DNA of 64,000 bases from a virus, in the IMG/VR virus record IMGVR_UViG_3300045049_000339, positions 32,001 to 96,000 of that record. One strand, written 5' to 3'. The notes below the pieces were generated by a model, which did not search any database, was not told where the DNA came from, and saw only the letters and a list, made by a program, of their open reading frames with translations. Of this stretch, positions 43,978 to 52,041 are shown in pieces (within the stretch, counting starts at the first letter, position 1; each line of letters starts with the position of its first letter). Both the position numbers and the translations under genes were made by a program.

Positions 43978-45426
43978 CTAATATGGCAAATAGACACTGT
44001 TCGAGACGGTCGCCTGAATCGTGTACTGTGCACCTCCGGAGAGGGAACGGCTCGCCTCAAAGGACATACTGGACATAATTGGGTCCGACATCTTCACGTC
44101 GTTCGCATACTTGCTGAGAGCAATCTGCGGGCAGACGAAGTTGATGGTGCTCGAAAGAGACGGGTGCTGGAGCTGGAACCCGAGCGCACCCAGCGTCTGG
44201 TTGGCCATGCGGTTGAAGTCACCGTACGTGGCGTCGTCCAGGCTGTCCCAGACCACGTCCACGGAGCCGTTCACGTGCAGCGTGACTGGCGTCAGGAACG
44301 ACGGACCGTGCTGTCCGGAATACGTGTACGTCTCTTTCACGCCGTTCTCGATGACCAGGTTGACGTTGCTGGTCTCCGCGCGCAGCGAGCCGTAGAAGTT
44401 CAGCGACGCTTCGGTGAACACGAACGGCAGCTCGTTGGTCACCGAGATAGCCGTCGGAGAATCCAGGACGGTCACCGACCGGCCCATCAGGTCAGCCGTC
44501 ATCTCAGCGGCGGTATTGCCGACCGGCATCTTCAGGTCGAACTTGTTCACGCGGCAACCGGCGAACTGGAGCGACTGAAAATTACCGAGGTTCTTCTCCA
44601 CCGTCAGCGAGGGAATGGTGCTGGCGCCCTCGACGAAGGTGTGCGTGAACGGTCCAGCGGTGGCCACCAGCGAGATGTTCACACCGGACGCGTGCGCGTA
44701 CGTAAGACCAACGTCCAGCGTCAGAGTGTTGGTGGAAATGTTGGTGATCTTCCGGCACTCCGCAGTGGTCGTACCGGAAACCGAGTTCACGTCGATCTGG
44801 ACGATGTTTCCGACAGCCAAACCGGCGGCCGAAGTCGCGGTGATGGTCGTGGCACCGACGATCGTGGACCCCGAGGAGATCGTGGTCGGCGCATAGGTGG
44901 AAATCGCCACGCCAGACGCGTGAGCGAAGGCGAAGGCGTCCGCCACCGTGACAACCGAACCGGCCACGTTGGTGATCTTACGGACCTCCTGGAAGGAGCC
45001 CGTGTCGATGGTGAGCTGCTGGTTGGTGGCGAAACCAGTCGCAGACGTCACCGTGACCGTCGTAGCACCAGCGCTGACAGAGCCGTTAACGGTCGTAGAG
45101 GTCAAACTGGCGAAGGTGCCAGTGACGCCGTAGCCGACCGTCGCGTCCGCGCCGACCGAAGCCGCGACCAGCGCCATGGCGTTGGATGGGAAGATCGGAC
45201 CGGCAATGGCGCCGTTGTACTTCGCCTCGCCCTGAAGGTTGAACACATGCAGGTCACGCAGACCCATCATGAGTTCGGGCGAGAACCAACCAGGCTCCTC
45301 CTCCATGGTGTTGGACATCATGGGAAGGAACGTGGATGGAGTAACCGGGGTGCCGAAGGTGGCCTCTTTGGCAAGGCCGGTTGCGGAAAGACTACCGAGC
45401 TTCTCAGTAATCGTTGGGAAAGCCAC
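43978..45426 (-). CDS. major tail tube protein with two inserted beta-domains
   Basis: GLAKEATFGTPV, SLTVEKN, FAGCRVNKF tube motifs; internal duplication. Confidence 0.85.
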   Translation of the reverse strand: MAFPTITEKLGSLSATGLAKEATFGTPVTPSTFLPMMSNTMEEEPGWFSPELMMGLRDLHVFNLQGEAKYNGAIAGPIFPSNAMALVAASVGADATVGYGVTGTFASLTSTTVNGSVSAGATTVTVTSATGFATNQQLTIDTGSFQEVRKITNVAGSVVTVADAFAFAHASGVAISTYAPTTISSGSTIVGATTITATSAAGLAVGNIVQIDVNSVSGTTTAECRKITNISTNTLTLDVGLTYAHASGVNISLVATAGPFTHTFVEGASTIPSLTVEKNLGNFQSLQFAGCRVNKFDLKMPVGNTAAEMTADLMGRSVTVLDSPTAISVTNELPFVFTEASLNFYGSLRAETSNVNLVIENGVKETYTYSGQHGPSFLTPVTLHVNGSVDVVWDSLDDATYGDFNRMANQTLGALGFQLQHPSLSSTINFVCPQIALSKYANDVKMSDPIMSSMSFEASRSLSGGAQYTIQATVSNSVYLPY

Positions 45427-45435
45427 GGTCCCTCC

Positions 45436-45711
45436 TTACAGGGTCTCGGTGGTCTCAGCCGGGGTGGCCTCGACGGCTTCTGGGAGCGGCTCAGGCTCAG
45501 GAAGCGGCTCCGGAAGCGGTTCCGGGGCCGCTTTCTTCTTTGCGAGCTTCACGGTCTCCTCCTGCGGCTCGAAGACCTCCTCGAAGTCATCTCGCCGCAG
45601 AAAGGAATCAGCCAGCTCATCAGGGACCGTAAACTCCGCACCCGGCTCCACTTCGCCGACACCGGCAGTGGTAAAGGTGACGGTGACCGACCCCGTGTAG
45701 CGCAGTTTCAC
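45436..45711 (-). CDS. small virion-associated protein
   Basis: MKLRYTG..VEPGAEFTVPDELA; Pro/Glu tail. Confidence 0.65.
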   Translation of the reverse strand: MKLRYTGSVTVTFTTAGVGEVEPGAEFTVPDELADSFLRRDDFEEVFEPQEETVKLAKKKAAPEPLPEPLPEPEPLPEAVEATPAETTETL

Positions 45712-45719
45712 GGGTCCTC

Positions 45720-46214
45720 CTATGCCTGCTCGGGCTTGATGCGTTCCTGCACGAGAACTTCGAGGGAACGGCCAACCTCGCCTTTAACTGCCTCGACGGC
45801 TCGCTTGGGAAAATTGTTCGCCGTGGTGCCTGGGTGATCCACCCAGCTCCGATAGGTGTCCTTGCCGTCACGATTCCAGTGCAGCAACGGGAAATTGTCG
45901 CCAGACAGCGGAATGCGGTGCCGACGCGTTCCGCCGATCACGAACTTGGCGTACTCCGCATCCGAGATGAACGTCATCTCGATACCGGAGCCGATGCTGC
46001 CGCCGATGGAATCCAGCTTGATTGAATCACGCAGATGACCAGGCTGCTGGCCACGGGAGAGCTTCTCATCGTTGTACTTGTAGATGGGGGCTTCCCGCTT
46101 CAATGCGTCGAGGACGATCGGAGCCACACGACTGCGCCACGTCGCAGCCATCGGCTTGAAAGCCCACTTGGAGAAGGAAACACGGCCGCCCTTGACAGTG
46201 ATTTCAACGCTCAC
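45720..46214 (-). CDS. HK97 gp10-like neck/tail completion protein
   Basis: EAP..GHLRDSI, YAKFVIGGTRRH, HPGT..NNF. Confidence 0.8.
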   Translation of the reverse strand: MSVEITVKGGRVSFSKWAFKPMAATWRSRVAPIVLDALKREAPIYKYNDEKLSRGQQPGHLRDSIKLDSIGGSIGSGIEMTFISDAEYAKFVIGGTRRHRIPLSGDNFPLLHWNRDGKDTYRSWVDHPGTTANNFPKRAVEAVKGEVGRSLEVLVQERIKPEQA

Positions 46215-46690
46215 GCCTGCACCGCCTCATACAATTCCATGCCAATACGGCACGAGTAGTAGAGCATTCGAAGGGTGGCTGGAGTGCGCTCTGGCGGGTA
46301 TTCGAACTCCATGCGCTCACCGACGTCCAGCAACTGGCTCTGCTGACCGGTCAGCGGATCGGTGATGAACAAAGGCGTCGTAGTCGTCCAGAGCTTGTTG
46401 AACACCGCGTCCACGATGGACGGGAACTCCTGGTCCAGCGTCGGCGAATCGGGATTCGTCTCGTAGACCAGGTAGATGTCGACCATCCATGCCAGGTGCT
46501 TGAAACCGGCGCCGCGAGGCATCGTCTGCCGGTCGACGCGGCACCGGCCACCCCAGATATACGCCTTGGGAACGTCCAGATCCTCGATCGTCGGCGGCGT
46601 GACGTACGCCTCCAGCGTCTGCGCCATTCCGGGGATGGCGAGGCCGTTCAACTGACCCTTCACATACTCCTGCACCGAGAGGAGTGGCAA
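46211..46690 (-). CDS. tail terminator-like protein
   Basis: Size and position in the head-tail block; GGAGG RBS. Confidence 0.6.
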   Translation of the reverse strand: MPLLSVQEYVKGQLNGLAIPGMAQTLEAYVTPPTIEDLDVPKAYIWGGRCRVDRQTMPRGAGFKHLAWMVDIYLVYETNPDSPTLDQEFPSIVDAVFNKLWTTTTPLFITDPLTGQQSQLLDVGERMEFEYPPERTPATLRMLYYSCRIGMELYEAVQA

Positions 46691-46699
46691 TTCGTCCTC

Positions 46700-46864
46700 C
46701 TACCAGGTGTGGGGAGCGTTCACCGTGTGCGTGTGCCCACGGTGACCTTCGCGGCGGTCCTTGACGGCCTTCTTCCGCTTTTTGCGCGCCTCTCTGGCCT
46801 TGTGGCGGGCGTGCTTGCGGCGGTGATGGGCCTCGTGGCCGTGATGCTTCGCCTTTCTGGCCAT
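46700..46864 (-). CDS. 54-aa His/Arg/Lys-rich basic protein
   Basis: MARKAKHHGHEAHHRRKHARHKAREARKKRKKAVKDRREGHRGHTHTVNAPHTW fills the gap between genes; AAGGGGTG RBS. Confidence 0.65.
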   Translation of the reverse strand: MARKAKHHGHEAHHRRKHARHKAREARKKRKKAVKDRREGHRGHTHTVNAPHTW

Positions 46865-46872
46865 CACACCCC

Positions 46873-47823
46873 TTATATGACGCGGCGATACGGCTCCATG
46901 ATGGTTTCCCACTGCAAATGCAGGTCGGAAACGCCGTGACCACCGGCCGTCTGCGAGCCGGTGATGTTCTGAATGGAAACCGAGGTGATGCCGGACTCCA
47001 GTGCCTGCGCCATGGAAGCCAGGACCGTCGCCCAGATCACGTCGGCGGGCAGCGAGGAAATGACCACCGAGGCCGGAGTGGAACCGGAGTGCGGGAAGGT
47101 CAGCGGAGAGGACAAAGTGAGCGTCCCAGGCCCGGCAGGAGCCGTTCCGCCGCTGTTGGGCAAGGTCAGAGGCGTATTCGCCGTGACCGAGGTGATGTGG
47201 ACCGCCTCGGACTGAGATCCGTCGTAGATGTACGCGCTGGCTCCGGCGAATCCGGTCACGTCGTCCACCGTGATGGTGGTCGCGCCGGACGTCGCGTTCG
47301 CCGTGATACCGGCGTGCGGCCAGCCGTTCAAATACGTCGCGGAGAAACGGAATCCGTTGCGGCCGTTCCACCATCCGCCGTATCCGGGCGCGATAATGAT
47401 GGACTGGCCACCGGAACCGGCGCTTCCGCCGGGAACATAAGAGTTGTACAGGCCGATAACCGGGTTCTCGATGTCGTAGTACCCGGCCGGAACCTGCGTC
47501 CATTGGCGAGGAAAGCCGTTGTAAGACGTCTGAATTGCGAGGATCTCGGTGACAGGCCACCGGCTGAGAATCCATCGGACATTGCCGGTGGCCTGTTCCA
47601 AATTGATGCGGTAGTCACCAGGACCGGACCGCTGCTCGGTGTCAACCGTCGACCGCATGGCCTGGTTGACGAATCCGTCGATCAGCGTCGTCGCGCGCCA
47701 GCAGATGTTGTTCTGCTCAGCGAGCTGCTGCTCCGTGGTGGCCTTCGGCCACGGAATGATCGACCAGGAAACGCCCGTAGGCGCCGAAGTCAGCATGGAT
47801 GGGGTGATGTACGGCGTGGCCAA
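46873..47823 (-). CDS. head-tail adaptor with inserted beta-domain
   Basis: TPYITPSML, ATTLIDGFV, RWPVTEI, YLNGW, LPADVIWAT, MEPYRR. Confidence 0.75.
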   Translation of the reverse strand: MATPYITPSMLTSAPTGVSWSIIPWPKATTEQQLAEQNNICWRATTLIDGFVNQAMRSTVDTEQRSGPGDYRINLEQATGNVRWILSRWPVTEILAIQTSYNGFPRQWTQVPAGYYDIENPVIGLYNSYVPGGSAGSGGQSIIIAPGYGGWWNGRNGFRFSATYLNGWPHAGITANATSGATTITVDDVTGFAGASAYIYDGSQSEAVHITSVTANTPLTLPNSGGTAPAGPGTLTLSSPLTFPHSGSTPASVVISSLPADVIWATVLASMAQALESGITSVSIQNITGSQTAGGHGVSDLHLQWETIMEPYRRVI

Positions 47824-48045
47824 GCTGTCTCACCTCCACTATTTCGGCGCCTTGATCCCGAACTGACGTGCGCACTTGGCACATAGGTGCTGTGAACGTT
47901 CCAAGTCTTCCACTTTGTGCTTATCACAGAAGAGCGACCCGCAATTTGCGCAGGCGCCGACCGGGATACTGCGTTTATTCGCATTACAGAAACGACAGTT
48001 ACGGTTGTTCCGTATATATTCTCCCGGCCAGCGCCTCCTCCGCGC

Positions 48046-48663
48046 TTAGCCCAGCTTCTCTTTCAGGACCGTGATCTGGTCCTCGCGTGAACGGGTGATG
48101 GGGGCGCCGACCTGCTTCGCGACCTCACGAAGCTCAGTCAGGTTCATGTTGTCGAGGTCTTCCACCTTCGGCAGGGGGGCGTCCTCGACCGGCGCCTCTG
48201 GCGTCTCGGGAGCAGCCTCCGGCTCCGGAGAGGCTGCGGGGAGCTGCGGGGCCGGAGCGGGCTCCGGCGTGGCCACGATGTCCGCCTGCGGGGCGCCGAT
48301 GGGCGCAGCGGGGGCGATCTGGCCGGTGGTCATGTACTGCATGAACTGACCGAGGACAGCGGGAAGGTCACCGAGCTTGGCAAGCTGGCCGAGAGCGTCA
48401 GCCACAGACTGGGCCTGCTCGACGGCGCCGCGCTTCTCGACGTCCTTGCGGGCGTTCTCCTCGTCCATGGTCTCTGGAATGGTGGTCACCTGGGACGACC
48501 ACAGCTTGTCCGACCGCAGGTGGTCCTCGCAGGGAGCGCAGGTGAGCGCCCAGACCTTGGCGGGGGCTCCGGCGACGACGGGTCGAGCGTGGCTCTCGCC
48601 ACACCCTCCGTGGTCACGGGAAACGGCGACGTAGCAAAGGTCGCTACGTGCATAAATCGTCAT
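48046..48663 (-). CDS. virion-module protein with N-terminal Cys/His motif and C-terminal Rho-N/HeH-like helix pair
   Basis: AAGGAG RBS; GCGESH..CAPC; LDNMNLTELREVAKQVG. Confidence 0.7.
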   Translation of the reverse strand: MTIYARSDLCYVAVSRDHGGCGESHARPVVAGAPAKVWALTCAPCEDHLRSDKLWSSQVTTIPETMDEENARKDVEKRGAVEQAQSVADALGQLAKLGDLPAVLGQFMQYMTTGQIAPAAPIGAPQADIVATPEPAPAPQLPAASPEPEAAPETPEAPVEDAPLPKVEDLDNMNLTELREVAKQVGAPITRSREDQITVLKEKLG

Positions 48664-48673
48664 GGATTTCTCC

Positions 48674-48955
48674 TTACTCGGGAACGGTGTTTCCCCCGCA
48701 CTTCGGGCAGGTGTGATTCCACCTGTTCCAAAGACGGTTGCACGGCTCGCAGCGCATGCCAACCTTGGTTCCGAAGGACTGGCGTCCCACATTTCCGACC
48801 AGGTTGGCATCGCCGCCGTACTGGCTTCCCTTGAGGGCCTCAGCATGCCTGTCCGACACTGTCACCGACCCACCGGGCCGGTTCGCGGTGTACTTCGTGC
48901 CGTCCTTGCAGTCGAAACCGGAACAGCCCGGTGGTAGATTCACCTTGACCGACAT
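48674..48955 (-). CDS. small Zn-ribbon protein
   Basis: CEPC...CPKCG; GGGGAG RBS. Confidence 0.65.
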   Translation of the reverse strand: MSVKVNLPPGCSGFDCKDGTKYTANRPGGSVTVSDRHAEALKGSQYGGDANLVGNVGRQSFGTKVGMRCEPCNRLWNRWNHTCPKCGGNTVPE

Positions 48956-48973
48956 GTTCTCCCCTTGGAAAAG

Positions 48974-49249
48974 CTAGTTGTTGGTGGAGATCAGAACGCT
49001 GACATTCACACCTGCGGTGTGCGCCAGACCGTAGATTTCCTGCCCTGTAGAACCGGCGAACGTCGAAAAGGTTACGGACTTTCCGGCGTCCAGCTCGAAT
49101 CCGTGGGCGGCCGTGACACCGGAGCCGCCCAGCGTCACGTAATTGGTGGCGTCGTTGTTCTGGATCGTGACCTGACACGGCCCGCTGGGGACCGCCACCA
49201 CGGGAGTCACCGTGGAACTGGAAACGGCGACCTGGGCCATGTTGATCAT
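48974..49249 (-). CDS. small beta-rich virion protein
   Basis: IQNN..VTLGGSGVT...GFEL pattern shared with 49806-50129. Confidence 0.65.
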   Translation of the reverse strand: MINMAQVAVSSSTVTPVVAVPSGPCQVTIQNNDATNYVTLGGSGVTAAHGFELDAGKSVTFSTFAGSTGQEIYGLAHTAGVNVSVLISTNN

Positions 49250-49737
49250 TAGGAAGCAACCACCTGGTAGCTGATCAGGTAGGTGTGCGCAGTGGTCAGC
49301 GCACCGGCCACAATGCTGAAACCGGTCGCGGAGAACGCACCAGCACCCACGTCGACAGTCAGAATCGGCGAACCGGTGGTGTCCACGGCCGAAACGACCA
49401 CGGAGACCGGGGCAGCCGCCAGAGCGGTGCCGAAGGTCACGGTCGCGACCGGACCGGCGGCCGGAGTGCCAGCCGTGGTCAGCACGAAGGAGCCACCGAG
49501 GTCATGGCCCTTCTGGGAGCCGACCGTGGAGCCGGTGCCAGCGCCAGCCGCCACGGCAGCCAGCGTCGGAGCCGTACCGGTTCCGTTGAGGGACTGGGTG
49601 GTCACACCAGCAGTGCTGCTGACCGTCAGGGAGGAGCCGGAACGGAAGGTCCAGTTACCGTCAGCCCACACATTGCGAAGGTCAAGGTCGGTACCAGCCG
49701 GAGGCAGGGTACCGAAGTCAGAGCCGCCAACGGGCAT
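49249..49737 (-). CDS. head fibre/decoration-like protein
   Basis: T/G/A/S-rich protein downstream of the capsid gene; AGGAG RBS. Confidence 0.6.
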   Translation of the reverse strand: MPVGGSDFGTLPPAGTDLDLRNVWADGNWTFRSGSSLTVSSTAGVTTQSLNGTGTAPTLAAVAAGAGTGSTVGSQKGHDLGGSFVLTTAGTPAAGPVATVTFGTALAAAPVSVVVSAVDTTGSPILTVDVGAGAFSATGFSIVAGALTTAHTYLISYQVVAS

Positions 49738-49805
49738 CTTCTACTCCTAGGGAAAGGGATGCCCGGCGCAGGAGGGGAGAGCCTGCGCCGGGCGGCTTTT
49801 GGGGA

Positions 49806-50129
49806 TTAGTCGGTGGCGTCGACCGTCGCGAGGCCGGAAACCACGAGAGTGGTACCGCTGGCCGTAATCGCGTAGATGTTCGCGGCGGCGGTGTTCTTCG
49901 GGTACGACCAGTTGTGGAAGGTCACCTGCGCACCGGCCGGGAGGCGAAGCCCGGTCGAGGAAGTGACGCCAGACTGGCCGAGGAAGCAATCCACCGAGCC
50001 GGTGTTGATGACCGTCACATTGGTGACGGACGCACCGGTAGCGACCCACGAAGCGTTGGAGTTGAACACCTGCACGGCGGAAGTGGTCACCGAGGTGTTG
50101 GTCTGGGTTGCGGACGCGTAAAGGCCCAC
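49806..50129 (-). CDS. capsid decoration-like protein
   Basis: VINTG..CFLGQSGVTSSTGLRL; GGAGG RBS before GTG. Confidence 0.65.
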   Translation of the reverse strand: MGLYASATQTNTSVTTSAVQVFNSNASWVATGASVTNVTVINTGSVDCFLGQSGVTSSTGLRLPAGAQVTFHNWSYPKNTAAANIYAITASGTTLVVSGLATVDATD

Positions 50130-50147
50130 GAGAACCTCCAAGTGAAC

Positions 50148-50182
50148 GGCCCCGCCTTTCCGGGGGATGGAAAGGCGGGGCC
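50148..50182 (-). terminator. hairpin after the major capsid gene
   Basis: GGCCCCGCCTTTCC...GGAAAGGCGGGGCC inverted repeat. Confidence 0.65.
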
Positions 50183-50190
50183 GAAACCTA

Positions 50191-52008
50191 TTAGCTGAAC
50201 GGCGTGGTGTCCGAGACCTGGAGGCCCTGGAGAATACCGCTGTACTGCGGAGCGTGGGAAACCAGCGCGCCGTACATGAAGATGGAGTAGCGGAAGGTCG
50301 CGTCGATGACCGGCCAGGCGATGGACACGTAGTCCTGCACCATGGTCATCTCCCACGCGTTGGCGATGTTCGTCCACGTCTGCGGGAGCTGGTAAGTCAT
50401 CAGCATCGCGGTGCCCTGGGTGAGCCACGGGTGCACGACCAGCTTCAGAACCGAGCGGGTGATCGGGTTCTGGAACTCGGAAACCGCCGCGCCGACACGC
50501 ACGCCGGAAACATCCGGCTGGTCGAGGAACAGACGGTAGTTCGTGGCCGCACCCTGGCTGATGACGTCGTTGGAGAGGCGCATGATGTCGCCACCCTCAC
50601 CGACGATCTCAGCCGGGTCGGCGCGGAACGCGCCAGGGTTGTTACCCGCACCGACAGCACCGTCCCACAGGGCCTGGAGGGCCGTGTACAGAACGTTGTA
50701 GCTCAGGTGGGTGCCAACGGCAGAGTTGATGTAACCACCCTGCCAGTTGCTCGGGTACACCTCACCGGCGGACTTGCCGGTCAGGGTCGGGATGATGCCC
50801 TCCATGCGGGTACCCGAGCCGGTGCCGGTGTCAGACGCCGGAGGCGTGGACGCGGCCGGGAGGGTGGTGCCCTGAAGGGTGTACTTCACGCCACCGACGC
50901 CGGAAGCAACCAGGTAGTAGCTGGTGCCGTCGTAGGCGTAGATGTTCCAGCTCTGGCCACCAGCAGGCATCGCCGGGAAGGTGACGTCCACGACCTGGCC
51001 AGCCGCCACCGTGAAGCTGGTGGACGCAGCCGAAGCGGCGGTGGTGCCGTAGTAGTTGCTCGCAACGACCTTGACGGCGGTGATGGTGGTGTTGAACGCG
51101 GTCTCGTTCGAACCGGCGGTGCGAACGGTCGCGGTCGGAGTACCCGGAGTCGCCAGCGGCACCGAAGTGGCCGACAGCATCGCGTACTCCTCGCCCAGCA
51201 TCATCTCCTGGAGGAGAATCAGGTTGGCGAGAGCCGAAATGTCCTCAAAGCCCTGGCCAGCGAACTGAGCGAGCCACGAGAGCGACTCAGTCAGACCGAA
51301 GAACTTGTACGGAACATTGAGCTGAGTCTCGGTCTGAGAACCGGTGCCCGGCAGGTTGAGCGGCCACGAAGTAGACGCCAGCGAACCAGCGGACTGGACC
51401 AGCTCCGGAATCGAGATGTCAACGACACCCTGGCCACCCGTCTGGGTGCCGGAGATACCGGTGAACACGCGCTCGATGCGGCTGGTGCCCTGACCGGCCG
51501 GACGCGGCAACTTGTTGCGGAAAACCGTGTACATCGGGTAGATGAGACGGCTCGGCGCAAGCAGGTCGAACGGGACCAGGCCGGAAACGGTGCCGATACC
51601 GAGGTTACCGGCGGTGAAGCTACGGGTCAGGTCCGGGTTGCCGATCGCGGTGACGATCTGCTGGAGCGACTCGTTCACGCTCGGGGCGGTCAGCGCGGTG
51701 CGCAGGTTGCCGAACTGACCGAGGAAGGACGGGCTCATGCCCTTCACGACCTCGGACTTGTTCGAGTACCCACGGTGCGTCTCGGTGCGCAGCGACATGG
51801 TCGCGTTGTGCGCCTTGGTGATGATCTCACCAGGGTCCGAGAGGGCCGCGTTGCCGTTACCGACATAACCGGCACCCTTGACCATGTACGACATGCGGCT
51901 CTTGAGCATGTCGCCGGTACGGGAGTAGCGAGGGGCCTCTGCCGCCGCCTCGCCGAACGCCGACCCATTGGCGGGGGCCGGAGCGTCCACGCTGAGAATG
52001 TCAGCCAT
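50191..52008 (-). CDS. major capsid protein (with inserted Ig-like domain)
   Basis: 605 aa directly after the protease/scaffold; highly biased codons; LVPFDL, EEYAML, VVHPWL, GILQGL; T/A-rich insert. Confidence 0.8.
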   Translation of the reverse strand: MADILSVDAPAPANGSAFGEAAAEAPRYSRTGDMLKSRMSYMVKGAGYVGNGNAALSDPGEIITKAHNATMSLRTETHRGYSNKSEVVKGMSPSFLGQFGNLRTALTAPSVNESLQQIVTAIGNPDLTRSFTAGNLGIGTVSGLVPFDLLAPSRLIYPMYTVFRNKLPRPAGQGTSRIERVFTGISGTQTGGQGVVDISIPELVQSAGSLASTSWPLNLPGTGSQTETQLNVPYKFFGLTESLSWLAQFAGQGFEDISALANLILLQEMMLGEEYAMLSATSVPLATPGTPTATVRTAGSNETAFNTTITAVKVVASNYYGTTAASAASTSFTVAAGQVVDVTFPAMPAGGQSWNIYAYDGTSYYLVASGVGGVKYTLQGTTLPAASTPPASDTGTGSGTRMEGIIPTLTGKSAGEVYPSNWQGGYINSAVGTHLSYNVLYTALQALWDGAVGAGNNPGAFRADPAEIVGEGGDIMRLSNDVISQGAATNYRLFLDQPDVSGVRVGAAVSEFQNPITRSVLKLVVHPWLTQGTAMLMTYQLPQTWTNIANAWEMTMVQDYVSIAWPVIDATFRYSIFMYGALVSHAPQYSGILQGLQVSDTTPFS

Positions 52009-52041
52009 GGATCTTCCTTTCAGCGGGAAATTTGACGGGAA

